Part shown: in pieces, positions 1 through 9,479 of the stretch
How the letters are laid out: each line of letters starts with the position of its first letter
How positions within the stretch are numbered: position 1 is the first letter of the stretch
Assembly (NCBI GenBank): GCA_041179645.1
Contig: JBEGSZ010000013.1
Location: forward strand, 153,036-217,035
Source of the DNA: Pseudomonadota bacterium
GTDB taxonomy: Bacteria > Pseudomonadota > Gammaproteobacteria > Burkholderiales > Burkholderiaceae
Length of the DNA stretch: 64,000 bases
Reading direction: 5' to 3'
Notes under the pieces: generated by a model
Told to the model about the DNA's origin: nothing
Database searches by the model: none
Seen by the model: the letters and a program-made list of their open reading frames with translations, nothing else
Program-made: the position numbers and the translations under genes

Positions 1-163
1 CATTATTGAGGGCCTTGATTTCGGCATCTGCTAGCTGTTGGCCAGGGGTGCTGCAGCCCGACAGTGATAAAACAGCAAAAATAGCGATCAAGCCACCTAA
101 TTGGGCTGGGCGTAGTGAAAAAAGGTTGGCTGGCATAGAGGGTGGGGTGAAAAACTGGCTCAT
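1..163 (-). CDS. Partial lipoprotein (5' end only; runs off the window)
   Basis: Read by hand: [43 protein letters not shown]..., hydrophobic stretch plus lipobox LSGC; open to the window edge; alternative ATG at 136. Confidence 0.6.
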   Translation of the reverse strand, partial: MSQFFTPPSMPANLFSLRPAQLGGLIAIFAVLSLSGCSTPGQQLADAEIKALNN

Positions 164-223
164 TCGATATACTCAGCGCTCAGTCTAACAAATTGGCGCT
201 ACTTGCCCACCTTTATAGCCCCT

Positions 224-1645
224 ATGCTGCAAATCTATAACACTCTCAGTCGTTCTAAACAGGCCTTTAAACCCATCGTGCCAGGTAAGGTGAAGATGTA
301 TGTCTGTGGAATGACGGTCTATGACTTTTGTCATATTGGCCACGCCCGGGTCATGATTGTCTTTGATATGGTGGTGCGTTGGTTGCGGGCTAGCGGCTAT
401 GAGGTGGTTTACGTGCGTAATATCACTGATATTGACGACAAGATCATCAATCGGGCGATTGAGAATGGTGAGCCTATTTCCGCACTGACACAGCGTTTTA
501 TTGACGCTATGCATGCTGACTCAGATGAGTTGGGTTTGATGTACCCAGACCATGAGCCCCGCGCAACAAATTACATAGCGCAAATGCAAGGAATGATTGG
601 ACGCTTGATTGAAAAAGAATTAGCCTATCAAGCTGAAGATGGCGATGTGAATTTCGCTGTTCGCTTATTTCCAGAATATGGTCGCCTATCCGGCAAGTCT
701 TTAGATGAACTGAATGCGGGTGAGCGGGTTGCCGTTGGTGGCGGAAAGCGTGATCCTCTGGATTTTGTTTTGTGGAAAAGCGCTAAAGCGGAGGAGCCTG
801 CCGATACGCGCTGGAAATCCCCTTGGGGTGAAGGCCGCCCTGGCTGGCATATTGAATGTTCTGCCATGTCCTGTGATTTGTTGGGTGAGCATTTTGATAT
901 TCATGGTGGCGGAGCTGATTTGCAATTTCCGCATCATGAGAATGAGATCGCTCAGAGTGAGGGCGCTCTCTATGGGCAAGATCACAAAGCCAGCGACCAA
1001 CCGTTTGTAAATTATTGGATGCACAACGGGCACATTCGCGTGAATGAAGAAAAGATGTCCAAGTCCTTGGGTAATTTTTTCTTAATCCGCGATGTGCTGA
1101 ACAATTTTGATCCTGAGGTTCTACGCTTCTTTATGTTGCGAGCACACTATCGCAGCCCGATCAACTACAGCGACGCCCAGCTCGAGGAGGCTCGCTCTGG
1201 CTTGGTGCGTCTTTATACGGCCTTGGCTCAAGTGCCATTGAGCGATAAGGCTGTAGACCCCCATTCACCATGGGCTAAGCGTTTTGCTGATGCTATGAAT
1301 GATGATTTCAATACTCCGGAGGCTATTGCAGCCCTCTTTGATTTAGCGACCGAAGTCAATCGTGCGCAGGGTGAGGAGAAGGCGCAATTGGCTAGCACTC
1401 TCAAAGGGTTGGCTGGAGCACTTAATTTCTTGCAGCGTGACCCAACGGTATTTTTGCAAGAAGGGTCTCGAGGAAATGATGCGGGGCTGTCTGCTGTTGC
1501 TATTGAAGAGCAGATTGCAGCTCGAGTTGCTGCAAAGCAGGCCAAAGATTTTGCTAAAGCAGATTTGATTCGAAAAACTTTGTTGGAGCAGGGGGTGGTT
1601 TTAGAGGACAAGCCCGGCGGCCTTACTGAATGGCGTAGAACTTAA
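224..1645 (+). CDS. cysS: Cysteine--tRNA ligase
   Basis: [26 protein letters not shown] and KMSKS motifs; start moved to MLQIYNTL. Confidence 0.98.
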   Translation: MLQIYNTLSRSKQAFKPIVPGKVKMYVCGMTVYDFCHIGHARVMIVFDMVVRWLRASGYEVVYVRNITDIDDKIINRAIENGEPISALTQRFIDAMHADSDELGLMYPDHEPRATNYIAQMQGMIGRLIEKELAYQAEDGDVNFAVRLFPEYGRLSGKSLDELNAGERVAVGGGKRDPLDFVLWKSAKAEEPADTRWKSPWGEGRPGWHIECSAMSCDLLGEHFDIHGGGADLQFPHHENEIAQSEGALYGQDHKASDQPFVNYWMHNGHIRVNEEKMSKSLGNFFLIRDVLNNFDPEVLRFFMLRAHYRSPINYSDAQLEEARSGLVRLYTALAQVPLSDKAVDPHSPWAKRFADAMNDDFNTPEAIAALFDLATEVNRAQGEEKAQLASTLKGLAGALNFLQRDPTVFLQEGSRGNDAGLSAVAIEEQIAARVAAKQAKDFAKADLIRKTLLEQGVVLEDKPGGLTEWRRT

Positions 1646-1674
1646 GTAATTTAATTCGTGATTGAGAATGTATT

Positions 1675-2331
1675 TTGACTAAAGTAGTAGAGCAAGCAAT
1701 TGTTGAGGAATCTGCCCCCGATTACTGGGAGCAAGCTTGTGCCGAGTTGATGAAGCATGATCGAATTCTAAAAAAATTAATCCCAAAACATGGTTCAGTG
1801 TTTTTAAGAACGCGCGGAGATGCATTTACAACATTAGCCAGATCAGTTGTTGGTCAACAAATTTCTGTAGCAGCAGCACAGTCGGTTTGGAATAAGGTAT
1901 TACTCTGCGCCAAAAACAAAGTAAATCCAAAAAATATCCTTGCTTTAAGTGTTGAAGAATTACGCGGATCTGGTTTATCGGGCCGTAAGGTGGAGTACAT
2001 CCGTGACTTAGCAGAACACTTCAATTCCGGTCGTTTACACGCGAATCAGTGGAAAGGCATGGAAGATGAGGCCATCATCAAAGAATTGTGTGAAATTCGG
2101 GGTATTGGGCGCTGGACTGCTGAAATGTTCCTCATTTTCAATATGGTGAGGCCCAATATCCTCCCTTTGGACGATGCGGGCCTGATTAAGGCCATTTCCT
2201 TGAATTACTTCAGTGGAGAGCCTGTCAGCAGGCATGAGGCCCGTGAAGTGGCAGAAAATTGGGCCCCTTGGCGCACCGTAGCCACCTGGTATATGTGGAG
2301 AAGTCTCGACCCCATCCCCGTTGAATATTAA
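1675..2331 (+). CDS. alkA: DNA-3-methyladenine glycosylase (AlkA, HhH-GPD family)
   Basis: IRGIGRWTAEMFLIF HhH motif, LPLDD, WAPWRTVA. Confidence 0.88.
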   Translation: MTKVVEQAIVEESAPDYWEQACAELMKHDRILKKLIPKHGSVFLRTRGDAFTTLARSVVGQQISVAAAQSVWNKVLLCAKNKVNPKNILALSVEELRGSGLSGRKVEYIRDLAEHFNSGRLHANQWKGMEDEAIIKELCEIRGIGRWTAEMFLIFNMVRPNILPLDDAGLIKAISLNYFSGEPVSRHEAREVAENWAPWRTVATWYMWRSLDPIPVEY

Positions 2332-2340
2332 AATCAAGCT

Positions 2341-3312
2341 ATGAAAACGACTTTCCTGGATTTTGAGCAATCAATCGCTGAACTAGAGTCAAAGATTGAA
2401 GAGCTGCAATTTGTACAAGATGAATCATCGGTAGATATCTCTGATGAGATTAAAACGCTGAGCGAAAAAAGTCAGCAGCTGACTAAAGACATCTATGCCA
2501 ACTTAAGCCCTTGGCAGGTTTCGCAAGTGGCGCGTCATCCTCAGCGTCCTTACACCTTAGATTATGTGAATGCATTGTTTACGGATTTCCATGAGCTTCA
2601 TGGCGATCGTAATTTTGCTGATGACCAATCCATCATTACTGGCTTAGCCCGTTTTGAGAATCAACCCTGCATGGTGATCGGACATCAAAAAGGTCGTGAC
2701 ACCAAAGAACGCGCCTTAAGAAACTTTGGCATGAGTCGGCCTGAAGGTTATCGAAAAGCAAAGCGTGTCATGCGCTTGGCAGAAAAATTTAAATTACCCG
2801 TGTTTACTTTTGTGGATACCCCTGGTGCATTCCCAGGGATTGATGCTGAAGAGCGCAACCAATCCGAGGCGATTGGCCACAATCTGTATGTTCAGGCTGA
2901 ATTAGAAGTCCCGATCATCGCCACCATTATTGGTGAGGGTGGTTCTGGTGGCGCACTTGCGATTGCAATGGGTGACGTGGTGTTGATGTTGCAAAACTCA
3001 ACCTACTCTGTGATTTCACCTGAAGGTTGCGCATCTATTCTTTGGAAGACTGCTGATAAAGCACCAGAGGCTGCTGAGCAGTTGGGTTTGACTGCACAAC
3101 GTTTAAAGGCAATTGGCTTGATTGATAAGATCGTTGCCGAGCCAACCGGCGGTGCGCATCGTGATTACGACACCATGATGAGTAGCATGCGAAAAGCCTT
3201 AATTGAGTCCCTCAAAACCTTTGATGGTATGAAAGTAGATGCGCTTCTTGAGCGTCGTCATGAACGCTTGATGAGCTATGGCAAGTTCAAGGAAATCGAA
3301 GCCAAGCCTTAA
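2341..3312 (+). CDS. accA: Acetyl-CoA carboxylase carboxyltransferase alpha subunit
   Basis: [46 protein letters not shown]. Confidence 0.98.
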   Translation: MKTTFLDFEQSIAELESKIEELQFVQDESSVDISDEIKTLSEKSQQLTKDIYANLSPWQVSQVARHPQRPYTLDYVNALFTDFHELHGDRNFADDQSIITGLARFENQPCMVIGHQKGRDTKERALRNFGMSRPEGYRKAKRVMRLAEKFKLPVFTFVDTPGAFPGIDAEERNQSEAIGHNLYVQAELEVPIIATIIGEGGSGGALAIAMGDVVLMLQNSTYSVISPEGCASILWKTADKAPEAAEQLGLTAQRLKAIGLIDKIVAEPTGGAHRDYDTMMSSMRKALIESLKTFDGMKVDALLERRHERLMSYGKFKEIEAKP

Positions 3313-4591
3313 GGCAAATACCAAAGCAGCCAAGCGTATTGGGCTTGCCGTAAGTGGTGGGCTTGATTCGGTTGTGTTGCTTGATACCGTTTGCAAGGCA
3401 GTCCAAGCTAGTTCCAAGAATTCAACCGAAGTTTGGCTGTTTCATATTCACCATGGACTTCAAAAGCCTGCTGATCAGTGGCTTGAGTTCTGCGAGAAGT
3501 TAGCTAGGAAATATCAAATTCATTTTGACTTTCGTCTATTGCATTTTGCAGATCAATCGCAGGGCAATATTGAAGCGCGGGCAAGGGCAGAGCGCTATCA
3601 AGCTCTTAATGACTTATGTGTTGAACATGACATCGAAGATCTACTTCTAGCCCATCACCAAAACGACCAAGCTGAAACTGTGCTCCTGCAACTTCTGCGA
3701 GGGTCTGGTGTAGCAGGTCTTTCTGGCATGCCATTTCATCGTGCCAATGCAAAAGATGCTAACCCGATTACTCTCTGGCGCCCACTGCTAAATCAAAGCA
3801 GAGCAGAACTAGAGGCCTATGCTAAGGAATACAAACTCAAATGGGTGGAAGATCCTAGTAATCAAAATACGCGCTATCGCCGTAATGCCATTCGCAAAGA
3901 CATCATTCCGAGGCTGGAGAAAATTCAACCTGGAGCAATTGCCAATATGGCTCGCAGTGCAGACTTGCTAGCCCAATCTCAGGTGTTGCTTGATCGCTTG
4001 GCAAAGCAGGATGGTAAGCATATTCTTCAAGATCACCGCTTAAAGCTAGCACCGCTTCTGACCCTTGCAAGGGCAGATAAACCAGCTGCTAATAATTTGA
4101 TGCGTTATTGGCTCAAGCTAAATGATTTAGCAATGCCATCCCAAGAGCGTCTTGAGTCTTGGTGGAAAGATCTAATGGCAGTAAAAGAAGATTCAAGCCT
4201 AGAGTGGCAGCATGATGGGGTGAGTATCCATCTCTGGCGTGATCGATTACAGGTGGTCTATTCCAATGCTGGGCAATGGATATTTAAGGACATCTCTGCA
4301 CGGAGCAAGTCGCTCGGATTTCCTGCTGATTGGGTTAATCAAGCCCAAGCAGAAGGCCGTGTTGAGGAAAGGCTGCGTAAAGGCGCCGAAAAGATCCAAA
4401 TCAAACCCAATACCCCACGCAAGAGCCTCAAGAATCTATTCCAGGAGTCGGGCACACCCCCATGGGAGCGTCAGGCGCCACTGCTTTATATCAATAACGA
4501 GCTTATAGCAGTTGCTGGAGTAGGCGCAAGCTACCTGCATTTGGTCGCAACTGGCAAGCGAGTACTCCCTATATGGCTTGTGAAGCCATAG
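3278..4591 (+). CDS. tilS: tRNA(Ile)-lysidine synthetase
   Basis: PP-loop [34 protein letters not shown]; overlaps the end of accA by 35 bp. Confidence 0.95.
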   Translation: MASSRKSKPSLKANTKAAKRIGLAVSGGLDSVVLLDTVCKAVQASSKNSTEVWLFHIHHGLQKPADQWLEFCEKLARKYQIHFDFRLLHFADQSQGNIEARARAERYQALNDLCVEHDIEDLLLAHHQNDQAETVLLQLLRGSGVAGLSGMPFHRANAKDANPITLWRPLLNQSRAELEAYAKEYKLKWVEDPSNQNTRYRRNAIRKDIIPRLEKIQPGAIANMARSADLLAQSQVLLDRLAKQDGKHILQDHRLKLAPLLTLARADKPAANNLMRYWLKLNDLAMPSQERLESWWKDLMAVKEDSSLEWQHDGVSIHLWRDRLQVVYSNAGQWIFKDISARSKSLGFPADWVNQAQAEGRVEERLRKGAEKIQIKPNTPRKSLKNLFQESGTPPWERQAPLLYINNELIAVAGVGASYLHLVATGKRVLPIWLVKP

Positions 4592-4673
4592 CAAACATAA
4601 AACCCTGTAAAATAAGCCCCTTTTAGACCCTAGGGAATGTAATTCCCTATAAATAGACAATACGACGGTTTTT

Positions 4674-5924
4674 ATGGCTCTTATCGTTCATAAGTACGGT
4701 GGCACCTCAATGGGCTCAGTTGAGCGCATTCAGAATGTCGCTAAACGCGTTGCCAAGTGGATGCGTGCAGGCCACCAGGTAGTTGTGGTGCCCTCAGCTA
4801 TGTCTGGAGAAACCAATCGTTTGCTTGGTTTGGCCAAAGACATCAATCCCAATGCAAATCCACGCGAACTTGATCAAATCGCTTCTACAGGCGAGCAAGT
4901 CAGCTCCGGTTTATTGGCGCTGGCATTGCTGCGCGAAGGCGTTGATGCAGTCAGTTACGCCGGCTGGCAAGTGACAGTTCATACAGATTCCTCATTCACC
5001 AAGGCGCGTATCAAAAGCATTGATGATAAGAAAATTCTTGCTGATCTGAATGCCGGACGTGCTGTAGTGGTAACCGGTTTCCAGGGCGTTGATCCAGATG
5101 GCAACATCACCACCCTTGGTCGTGGCGGTTCTGACACATCTGCTGTTGCAATGGCTGCAGCGCTCAAAGCTGATGAGTGCTTAATCTACACCGACGTGGA
5201 TGGTGTCTATACGACTGATCCGCGCGTTTGTGAAGATGCACGTCGCTTGGACAAAATTACTTTTGAAGAAATGCTCGAGATGGCAAGTTTGGGCTCAAAG
5301 GTATTGCAGATTCGCTCAGTTGAGTTTGCTGGTAAGTACAAAGTTAAAACCCGTGTTCTGTCATCGCTGACAGATCCAATGATGCCCCTTGATGAAGAGA
5401 TGAAGTCGGGCACCTTGATTACATTTGAAGAGGACAGCACTATGGAAGCCGCAGTTATTTCCGGCATCGCCTTTGCGCGTGATGAAGCAAAAATTACCGT
5501 TCTTGGGGTTCCCGATCGCCCAGGTATCGCTTATCAGATCTTAGGTCCGATTGCAGATGCGAATATTGATGTGGATATCATTATTCAGAATCAATCATTT
5601 GAAGGTAAGACGGACTTCACATTCACAGTCCCACGTGCTGACTATCAAAAAGCCCTGGACTTATTGAAGAATAATGTTCAATCCCATATTGAAGCCAAAG
5701 AAATCACTGGCGATCCAAAGGTATCCAAGGTTTCTGTTGTGGGTGTTGGCATGCGTTCCCATGTTGGCGTTGCTAGCAAAATGTTCCGTACATTGTCAGA
5801 GGAGGGCATCAACATCCTCATGATCTCCACCAGCGAAATTAAGATTTCAGTGGTGATTGATGAAAAATACATGGAGCTGGCCGTACGCGCGCTCCATAAG
5901 GCTTTTGAGCTAGATCAGAAGTAA
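4674..5924 (+). CDS. lysC: Aspartate kinase
   Basis: KYGGTS, TTLGRGGSDTSAVA, YTDVDGVYTTDPR, two C-terminal ACT domains. Confidence 0.97.
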   Translation: MALIVHKYGGTSMGSVERIQNVAKRVAKWMRAGHQVVVVPSAMSGETNRLLGLAKDINPNANPRELDQIASTGEQVSSGLLALALLREGVDAVSYAGWQVTVHTDSSFTKARIKSIDDKKILADLNAGRAVVVTGFQGVDPDGNITTLGRGGSDTSAVAMAAALKADECLIYTDVDGVYTTDPRVCEDARRLDKITFEEMLEMASLGSKVLQIRSVEFAGKYKVKTRVLSSLTDPMMPLDEEMKSGTLITFEEDSTMEAAVISGIAFARDEAKITVLGVPDRPGIAYQILGPIADANIDVDIIIQNQSFEGKTDFTFTVPRADYQKALDLLKNNVQSHIEAKEITGDPKVSKVSVVGVGMRSHVGVASKMFRTLSEEGINILMISTSEIKISVVIDEKYMELAVRALHKAFELDQK

Positions 5925-6013
5925 AACACGCATTAAACGCTTTAAAACCGCAGTAAAACCCCGCAGCCAACGGAATCCGTTAAACTGTGGGTCGTTGTAA
6001 AGGCATCAAGCAG

Positions 6014-6108
6014 GGAGACGTGGCCGAGCTGGTCGAAGGCACTCCCCTGCTAAGGGAGCATCGGGGCTAAAACTCTGATCGGAGGTTCGAATCCTCTCGT
6101 CTCCGCCA
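6014..6108 (+). tRNA. tRNA-Ser(GCT)
   Basis: Acceptor GGAGACG/CGTCTCC, anticodon arm CTCCC-CT-GCT-AA-GGGAG, long variable arm, GTTCGAATC, encoded CCA. Confidence 0.97.
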
Positions 6109-6152
6109 AAATCCTTGTGATTTAACTGCTTGAGCCGGCACGACAAATAACT

Positions 6153-6177
6153 AAGCCCCTTAACCGGGGCTTTTTTT
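6153..6177 (+). terminator. Rho-independent terminator after tRNA-Ser
   Basis: AAGCCCC-TTAACC-GGGGCTT followed by a T run. Confidence 0.85.
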
Positions 6178-6288
6178 ATTGTCTTTTTATCTGTTGCAGT
6201 TCGCAGCTCTCGTAACCATTCCCTAGAAACACGTACTTTTTATTCATTTTGGCGCAATCGTTGCCAATGTAAATATTTATTACTAAAT

Positions 6289-6334
6289 TTCACAACTTCA
6301 CAACTTCTGTGGTATAGTACTTCTAAAGGAGGTG
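6289..6334 (+). promoter_or_regulatory. Sigma70-like promoter and SD for the small HTH gene, with tandem TTCACAAC repeats
   Basis: TTCACA (6289)-18 nt-TG-G-TATAGT (6313); TTCACAAC twice; SD AAGGAGGTG before ATG 6337. Confidence 0.55.
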
Positions 6335-6336
6335 AA

Positions 6337-6516
6337 ATGAGAAGAGCGATACCAAAAACACATCAAGCTTTAGATTGGATAGGGAAGGGAATGACCGCAG
6401 CTCAAGCCGCTAGGAAGATGGAGATTTCAGAATCTAGCGTCTACGCCGCCTTAAGAAAAACAAAAGCAAAAGATTCAGGTTGTTGTCCAACATGTGGTCA
6501 CAAATTAAGGAAATAA
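6337..6516 (+). CDS. 59-aa helix-turn-helix protein with C-terminal CCPTCG (absent from the ORF track)
   Basis: MRRAIPKTHQALDWIGKGMTAAQAARKMEISESSVYAALRKTKAKDSGCCPTCGHKLRK*; strong SD; stop lies 1 nt before the next ATG. Confidence 0.8.
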   Translation: MRRAIPKTHQALDWIGKGMTAAQAARKMEISESSVYAALRKTKAKDSGCCPTCGHKLRK

Positions 6517-6517
6517 G

Positions 6518-6814
6518 ATGAAAAAAACTCTATTAGCTGTTGCCTCAATCTCCGTAGCTGCATTTGCATATGCAAATACCTCATCTGATTCTTCTGAATT
6601 GGTGAGTCAGCAATGCAAGATCTCAGCTGAAGCAGTTTCGACATTGAAGGGTTTGCGTTATGGCAATACCTCTATACGTAAGGATGTGGCCGGCCTGATT
6701 AATTTAAATCTCAAAGTGCAAGAGAATAAGGATGCTGCGCAAATGACCCTAAACCGCATGGTTGATGATCAGGTAAATACAGCAGCTGCTTTGGAAGCAA
6801 AGTATTGCTCCTAA
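6518..6814 (+). CDS. Small exported hypothetical protein
   Basis: Signal peptide MKKTLLAVASISVAAFAYA; two Cys in the mature part. Confidence 0.75.
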   Translation: MKKTLLAVASISVAAFAYANTSSDSSELVSQQCKISAEAVSTLKGLRYGNTSIRKDVAGLINLNLKVQENKDAAQMTLNRMVDDQVNTAAALEAKYCS

Positions 6815-6857
6815 TGTTGTTATGAATGGGTTGTTACCCAATCATCTTTAAAGGCGT

Positions 6858-7301
6858 TTGATGACCCATTCATTTGAGTGCCCAGAATGCGGCAACCCCA
6901 GGGGTATGCTTGGGGAATGTCGTCAGTGCGGAAGTGAGGAGCTTCCAATTCCGCGTAGCGACATCATGGTATTGAATTTGAAGTTTGATGGTCCAAGTGC
7001 TGAAGAGGCTTTGGATCGATTGACCATTGCATTACGCCGCGCATCAGAGGTCGGAATCAAAGCCATGATCCTTATCCATGGGTATGGAGCAAGCGGTGAG
7101 GGTGGAAGAATTAAGTGGGCCGTGCACGATGCTCTGGAGAATAACTATTTCTCCGACCGCGTTGATGAGTACCATTTTGGCGAGCAAACTGCCTTTGGTA
7201 GCGAGGCTTACCACGCACTCCTGCGCAGAAGACCGGGTCTCAAAGCCTATCTTAAGCACTTTAAGGAAGGTAATGCCGGGATGACGGTATTAATACTGTG
7301 A
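6858..7301 (+). CDS. Stand-alone Smr-domain protein with N-terminal zinc ribbon
   Basis: CPECG..CRQCG; Smr-like VLNLK, LIHGYGASG, GNAGMTVL. Confidence 0.8.
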   Translation: MMTHSFECPECGNPRGMLGECRQCGSEELPIPRSDIMVLNLKFDGPSAEEALDRLTIALRRASEVGIKAMILIHGYGASGEGGRIKWAVHDALENNYFSDRVDEYHFGEQTAFGSEAYHALLRRRPGLKAYLKHFKEGNAGMTVLIL

Positions 7302-7367
7302 TCTCTGAGTGGAATTGCTTAGAATGGCTCTATCCATCTTTTTATTTGCTATCAGCTAGGAGCGGTA

Positions 7368-7703
7368 ATGACTGCTAAAAAATCAACAAGTGCGCATGAA
7401 GAAGTTCAGATCAATTCAGAAAATTTGATTGGTGACTTTAAAGCGCTCATGGCGGATGCCGAAGACCTGATTAAGGCAACTGCAAGCAATGAGGACGGTC
7501 CGCTGAGCGCAATTCGTTTAAAGGCGTTGGATACTCTAAATAATGCAAAAGAAAGCCTTTCTTCTGTTGAGGGCACGATTGCCGAAAAAGCTAAAGTCGT
7601 AGCCGAACGTGCGGATGATTTTGTTCATCGCAATCCCTGGGAAGCGGTAGGCGTTGCCGCGGGCCTTGGTCTTTTAATTGGCCTCTTTATTCGTCGTCGC
7701 TAG
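7368..7703 (+). CDS. ElaB/YqjD (DUF883) family membrane-anchored protein
   Basis: DDFVHRNPWEAVGVAAGLGLLIGLFIRRR C-terminus. Confidence 0.92.
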   Translation: MTAKKSTSAHEEVQINSENLIGDFKALMADAEDLIKATASNEDGPLSAIRLKALDTLNNAKESLSSVEGTIAEKAKVVAERADDFVHRNPWEAVGVAAGLGLLIGLFIRRR

Positions 7704-7709
7704 GCATCC

Positions 7710-8081
7710 ATGTCCCAAGAAAATCTTTTATCTTCCCTTAAGAATCTCGTTTCCACTGGAGCGTCGATTGCTCAGACACGGTTGGAGTTGATTTCTACTG
7801 ACGTTCAGATTGCGCGTGCTAAGTTTGTAAGTTTGCTGGTCATGATTGTCTGCACCTTATTTTTCTTGTTCTTTGGCTTAGTGATGCTGGCCTTGCTTAT
7901 TGTGATTTATAGCTGGGAAACCGATCGCATTCTTGCATTAACCTTGCTGACAACTGGTTTCTTGGTGGTGGGCTGTATTTTGGCCTTAGTGGTTTTGCGT
8001 TCCCTCAAGACGATGCCCAGACTATTTGAGGCAACGATTGCTGAGTTATCAAAAGATCGTCAGGAGCTTGCTAAACGATGA
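7710..8081 (+). CDS. YqjE-like (holin-like) membrane protein
   Basis: TRLELISTD, two TM helices, FEATIAELSKDR; follows a YqjD-like gene. Confidence 0.85.
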   Translation: MSQENLLSSLKNLVSTGASIAQTRLELISTDVQIARAKFVSLLVMIVCTLFFLFFGLVMLALLIVIYSWETDRILALTLLTTGFLVVGCILALVVLRSLKTMPRLFEATIAELSKDRQELAKR

Positions 8082-8359
8082 GTCGAAAGTTGTCAGACCT
8101 TCAAGCTAGGCAGAGAGTCCTTCAAGATCGAGCCGCACAAGAGCGTGCGGATTTTGCCTTGCATTTTGAGCCGATAGAAAAGCCACTATCTTGGGCTGAT
8201 AAGGGTATCGATGCTTTTAACTTTGTGAAGGGTTCGCCGGTGCTCTGGACAAGTGCTTTTGCCGTTCTCGCCCATTACAAGCCTAAGCTGGCTAGTAAAG
8301 TTCTGGCGGTAGGTTGGGGTACTGTTAAGTTACTCAAGGGTGCCAAGAGTCTAATCTAG
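8078..8359 (+). CDS. YqjK family protein
   Basis: Position after the yqjDE-like genes; LQARQRVLQDRAAQER...PLSWADKG. Confidence 0.75.
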   Translation: MSRKLSDLQARQRVLQDRAAQERADFALHFEPIEKPLSWADKGIDAFNFVKGSPVLWTSAFAVLAHYKPKLASKVLAVGWGTVKLLKGAKSLI

Positions 8360-8874
8360 GCTATCAGCACCGCTTTATTGGTAATTCCCTGTTGACTCAG
8401 GATCTCTCCGCCATTTAAGCCCGCGATTTCCAGGAATGTAAGAGCGCCGGCTACTTCAAAGCCGGCCTTTTGAAGCAATTTGCTTGCTGCAATGATGGTT
8501 CCACCGGTAGCAAGCACATCGTCCACAATCAAAACGCGTGCATTTGCTGGCAGAGTCGATTGCTGAATTTCCAGGGAATCAGAGCCGTACTCCAGGCCAT
8601 AGGATTCTCGATGGCTAGCCAAGGGCAGTTTGTTGGGTTTTCGGGCCAAGGCTAGGCCTTTCTGGACTTGGTGGGCAAGGGCGGTTCCAAAGATAAAACC
8701 ACGCGATTCAATGCCTAAAATATGGCTGTAATCAAACTTTTGGGCAAGCAACTGCAATTGGAGGACGCCCTCTTTAAATGCGGCTGGATTGGCTAATAAA
8801 GGGGAGATGTCCCTAAAGAGGATTCCTGGCTTAGGAAAGTCTGGGACGCCGGGTAGATAATCTAATAAATTCAT
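8356..8874 (-). CDS. apt: Adenine phosphoribosyltransferase
   Basis: PDFPKPGILFRDI, ESRGFIFG, LEYG, VLIVDDVLATGGT; start moved to MNLLDY. Confidence 0.95.
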   Translation of the reverse strand: MNLLDYLPGVPDFPKPGILFRDISPLLANPAAFKEGVLQLQLLAQKFDYSHILGIESRGFIFGTALAHQVQKGLALARKPNKLPLASHRESYGLEYGSDSLEIQQSTLPANARVLIVDDVLATGGTIIAASKLLQKAGFEVAGALTFLEIAGLNGGEILSQQGITNKAVLIA

Positions 8875-8885
8875 TATTGGCTGAC

Positions 8886-9449
8886 ATGAAAACACAATTA
8901 CTCATTATTACCGCATTGGAAACGGAGCTTGCTAAAAGCGCCTTGCCTGTGGGTATTGATATTGTCTATTCCGGGGTTGGAAAAATCAATGCAACGGCGG
9001 CAAGCATACGAGCTATTCATGAATATCAGCCAAAACGGATAGTGAACTTTGGCACTGTTGGAAAAATCAACTCTGCACTAGAAGGTTTATTAGAAATCGG
9101 CAAAGTAATACAGCGAGACATGATGACGGTGCCGCTAGCTCCTCGAGGGCAGACTCCATTTTGTTCAAAACCATCCCAATATCTCTCTCTTGGCGGAGAG
9201 CATACTTGTGGGACTGGCGATAGTTTTGTCACAGCTCATGATCCATGGTTAATATCTCAGGGCATCGATGTGGTGGATATGGAGCTATTTGCCATTGCCA
9301 ATATTGCCTATCAATTTAACATCCCATGGCAATCATTTAAATATGTGACTGATGACGCTAATGCCGACTCTGGCAATGAATGGACGCATCGCGTAAATCA
9401 CGGGCAGGAACTTTATCTAGAAATGCTCAAAGAGTTGATGAGTTCCTAA
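8886..9449 (+). CDS. Short MTA/SAH nucleosidase-like protein (PNP/UDP superfamily)
   Basis: SGVGKINA, NFGTVG, TGDSFV, VDMELFAIA, KYVTDDA. Confidence 0.85.
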   Translation: MKTQLLIITALETELAKSALPVGIDIVYSGVGKINATAASIRAIHEYQPKRIVNFGTVGKINSALEGLLEIGKVIQRDMMTVPLAPRGQTPFCSKPSQYLSLGGEHTCGTGDSFVTAHDPWLISQGIDVVDMELFAIANIAYQFNIPWQSFKYVTDDANADSGNEWTHRVNHGQELYLEMLKELMSS

Positions 9450-9479
9450 AGAGCGCCTAAGCACAATCCAATATTACTC

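Noticed and set aside
3278-3312. accA/tilS 35-bp overlap as a programmed frameshift
   Set aside because: Both ORFs are complete with their own start and stop, and no slippery site was seen
7710-8081. Phage lysis cassette suggested by the holin-like protein
   Set aside because: It sits in the common yqjD-yqjE-yqjK arrangement with no endolysin or spanin nearby
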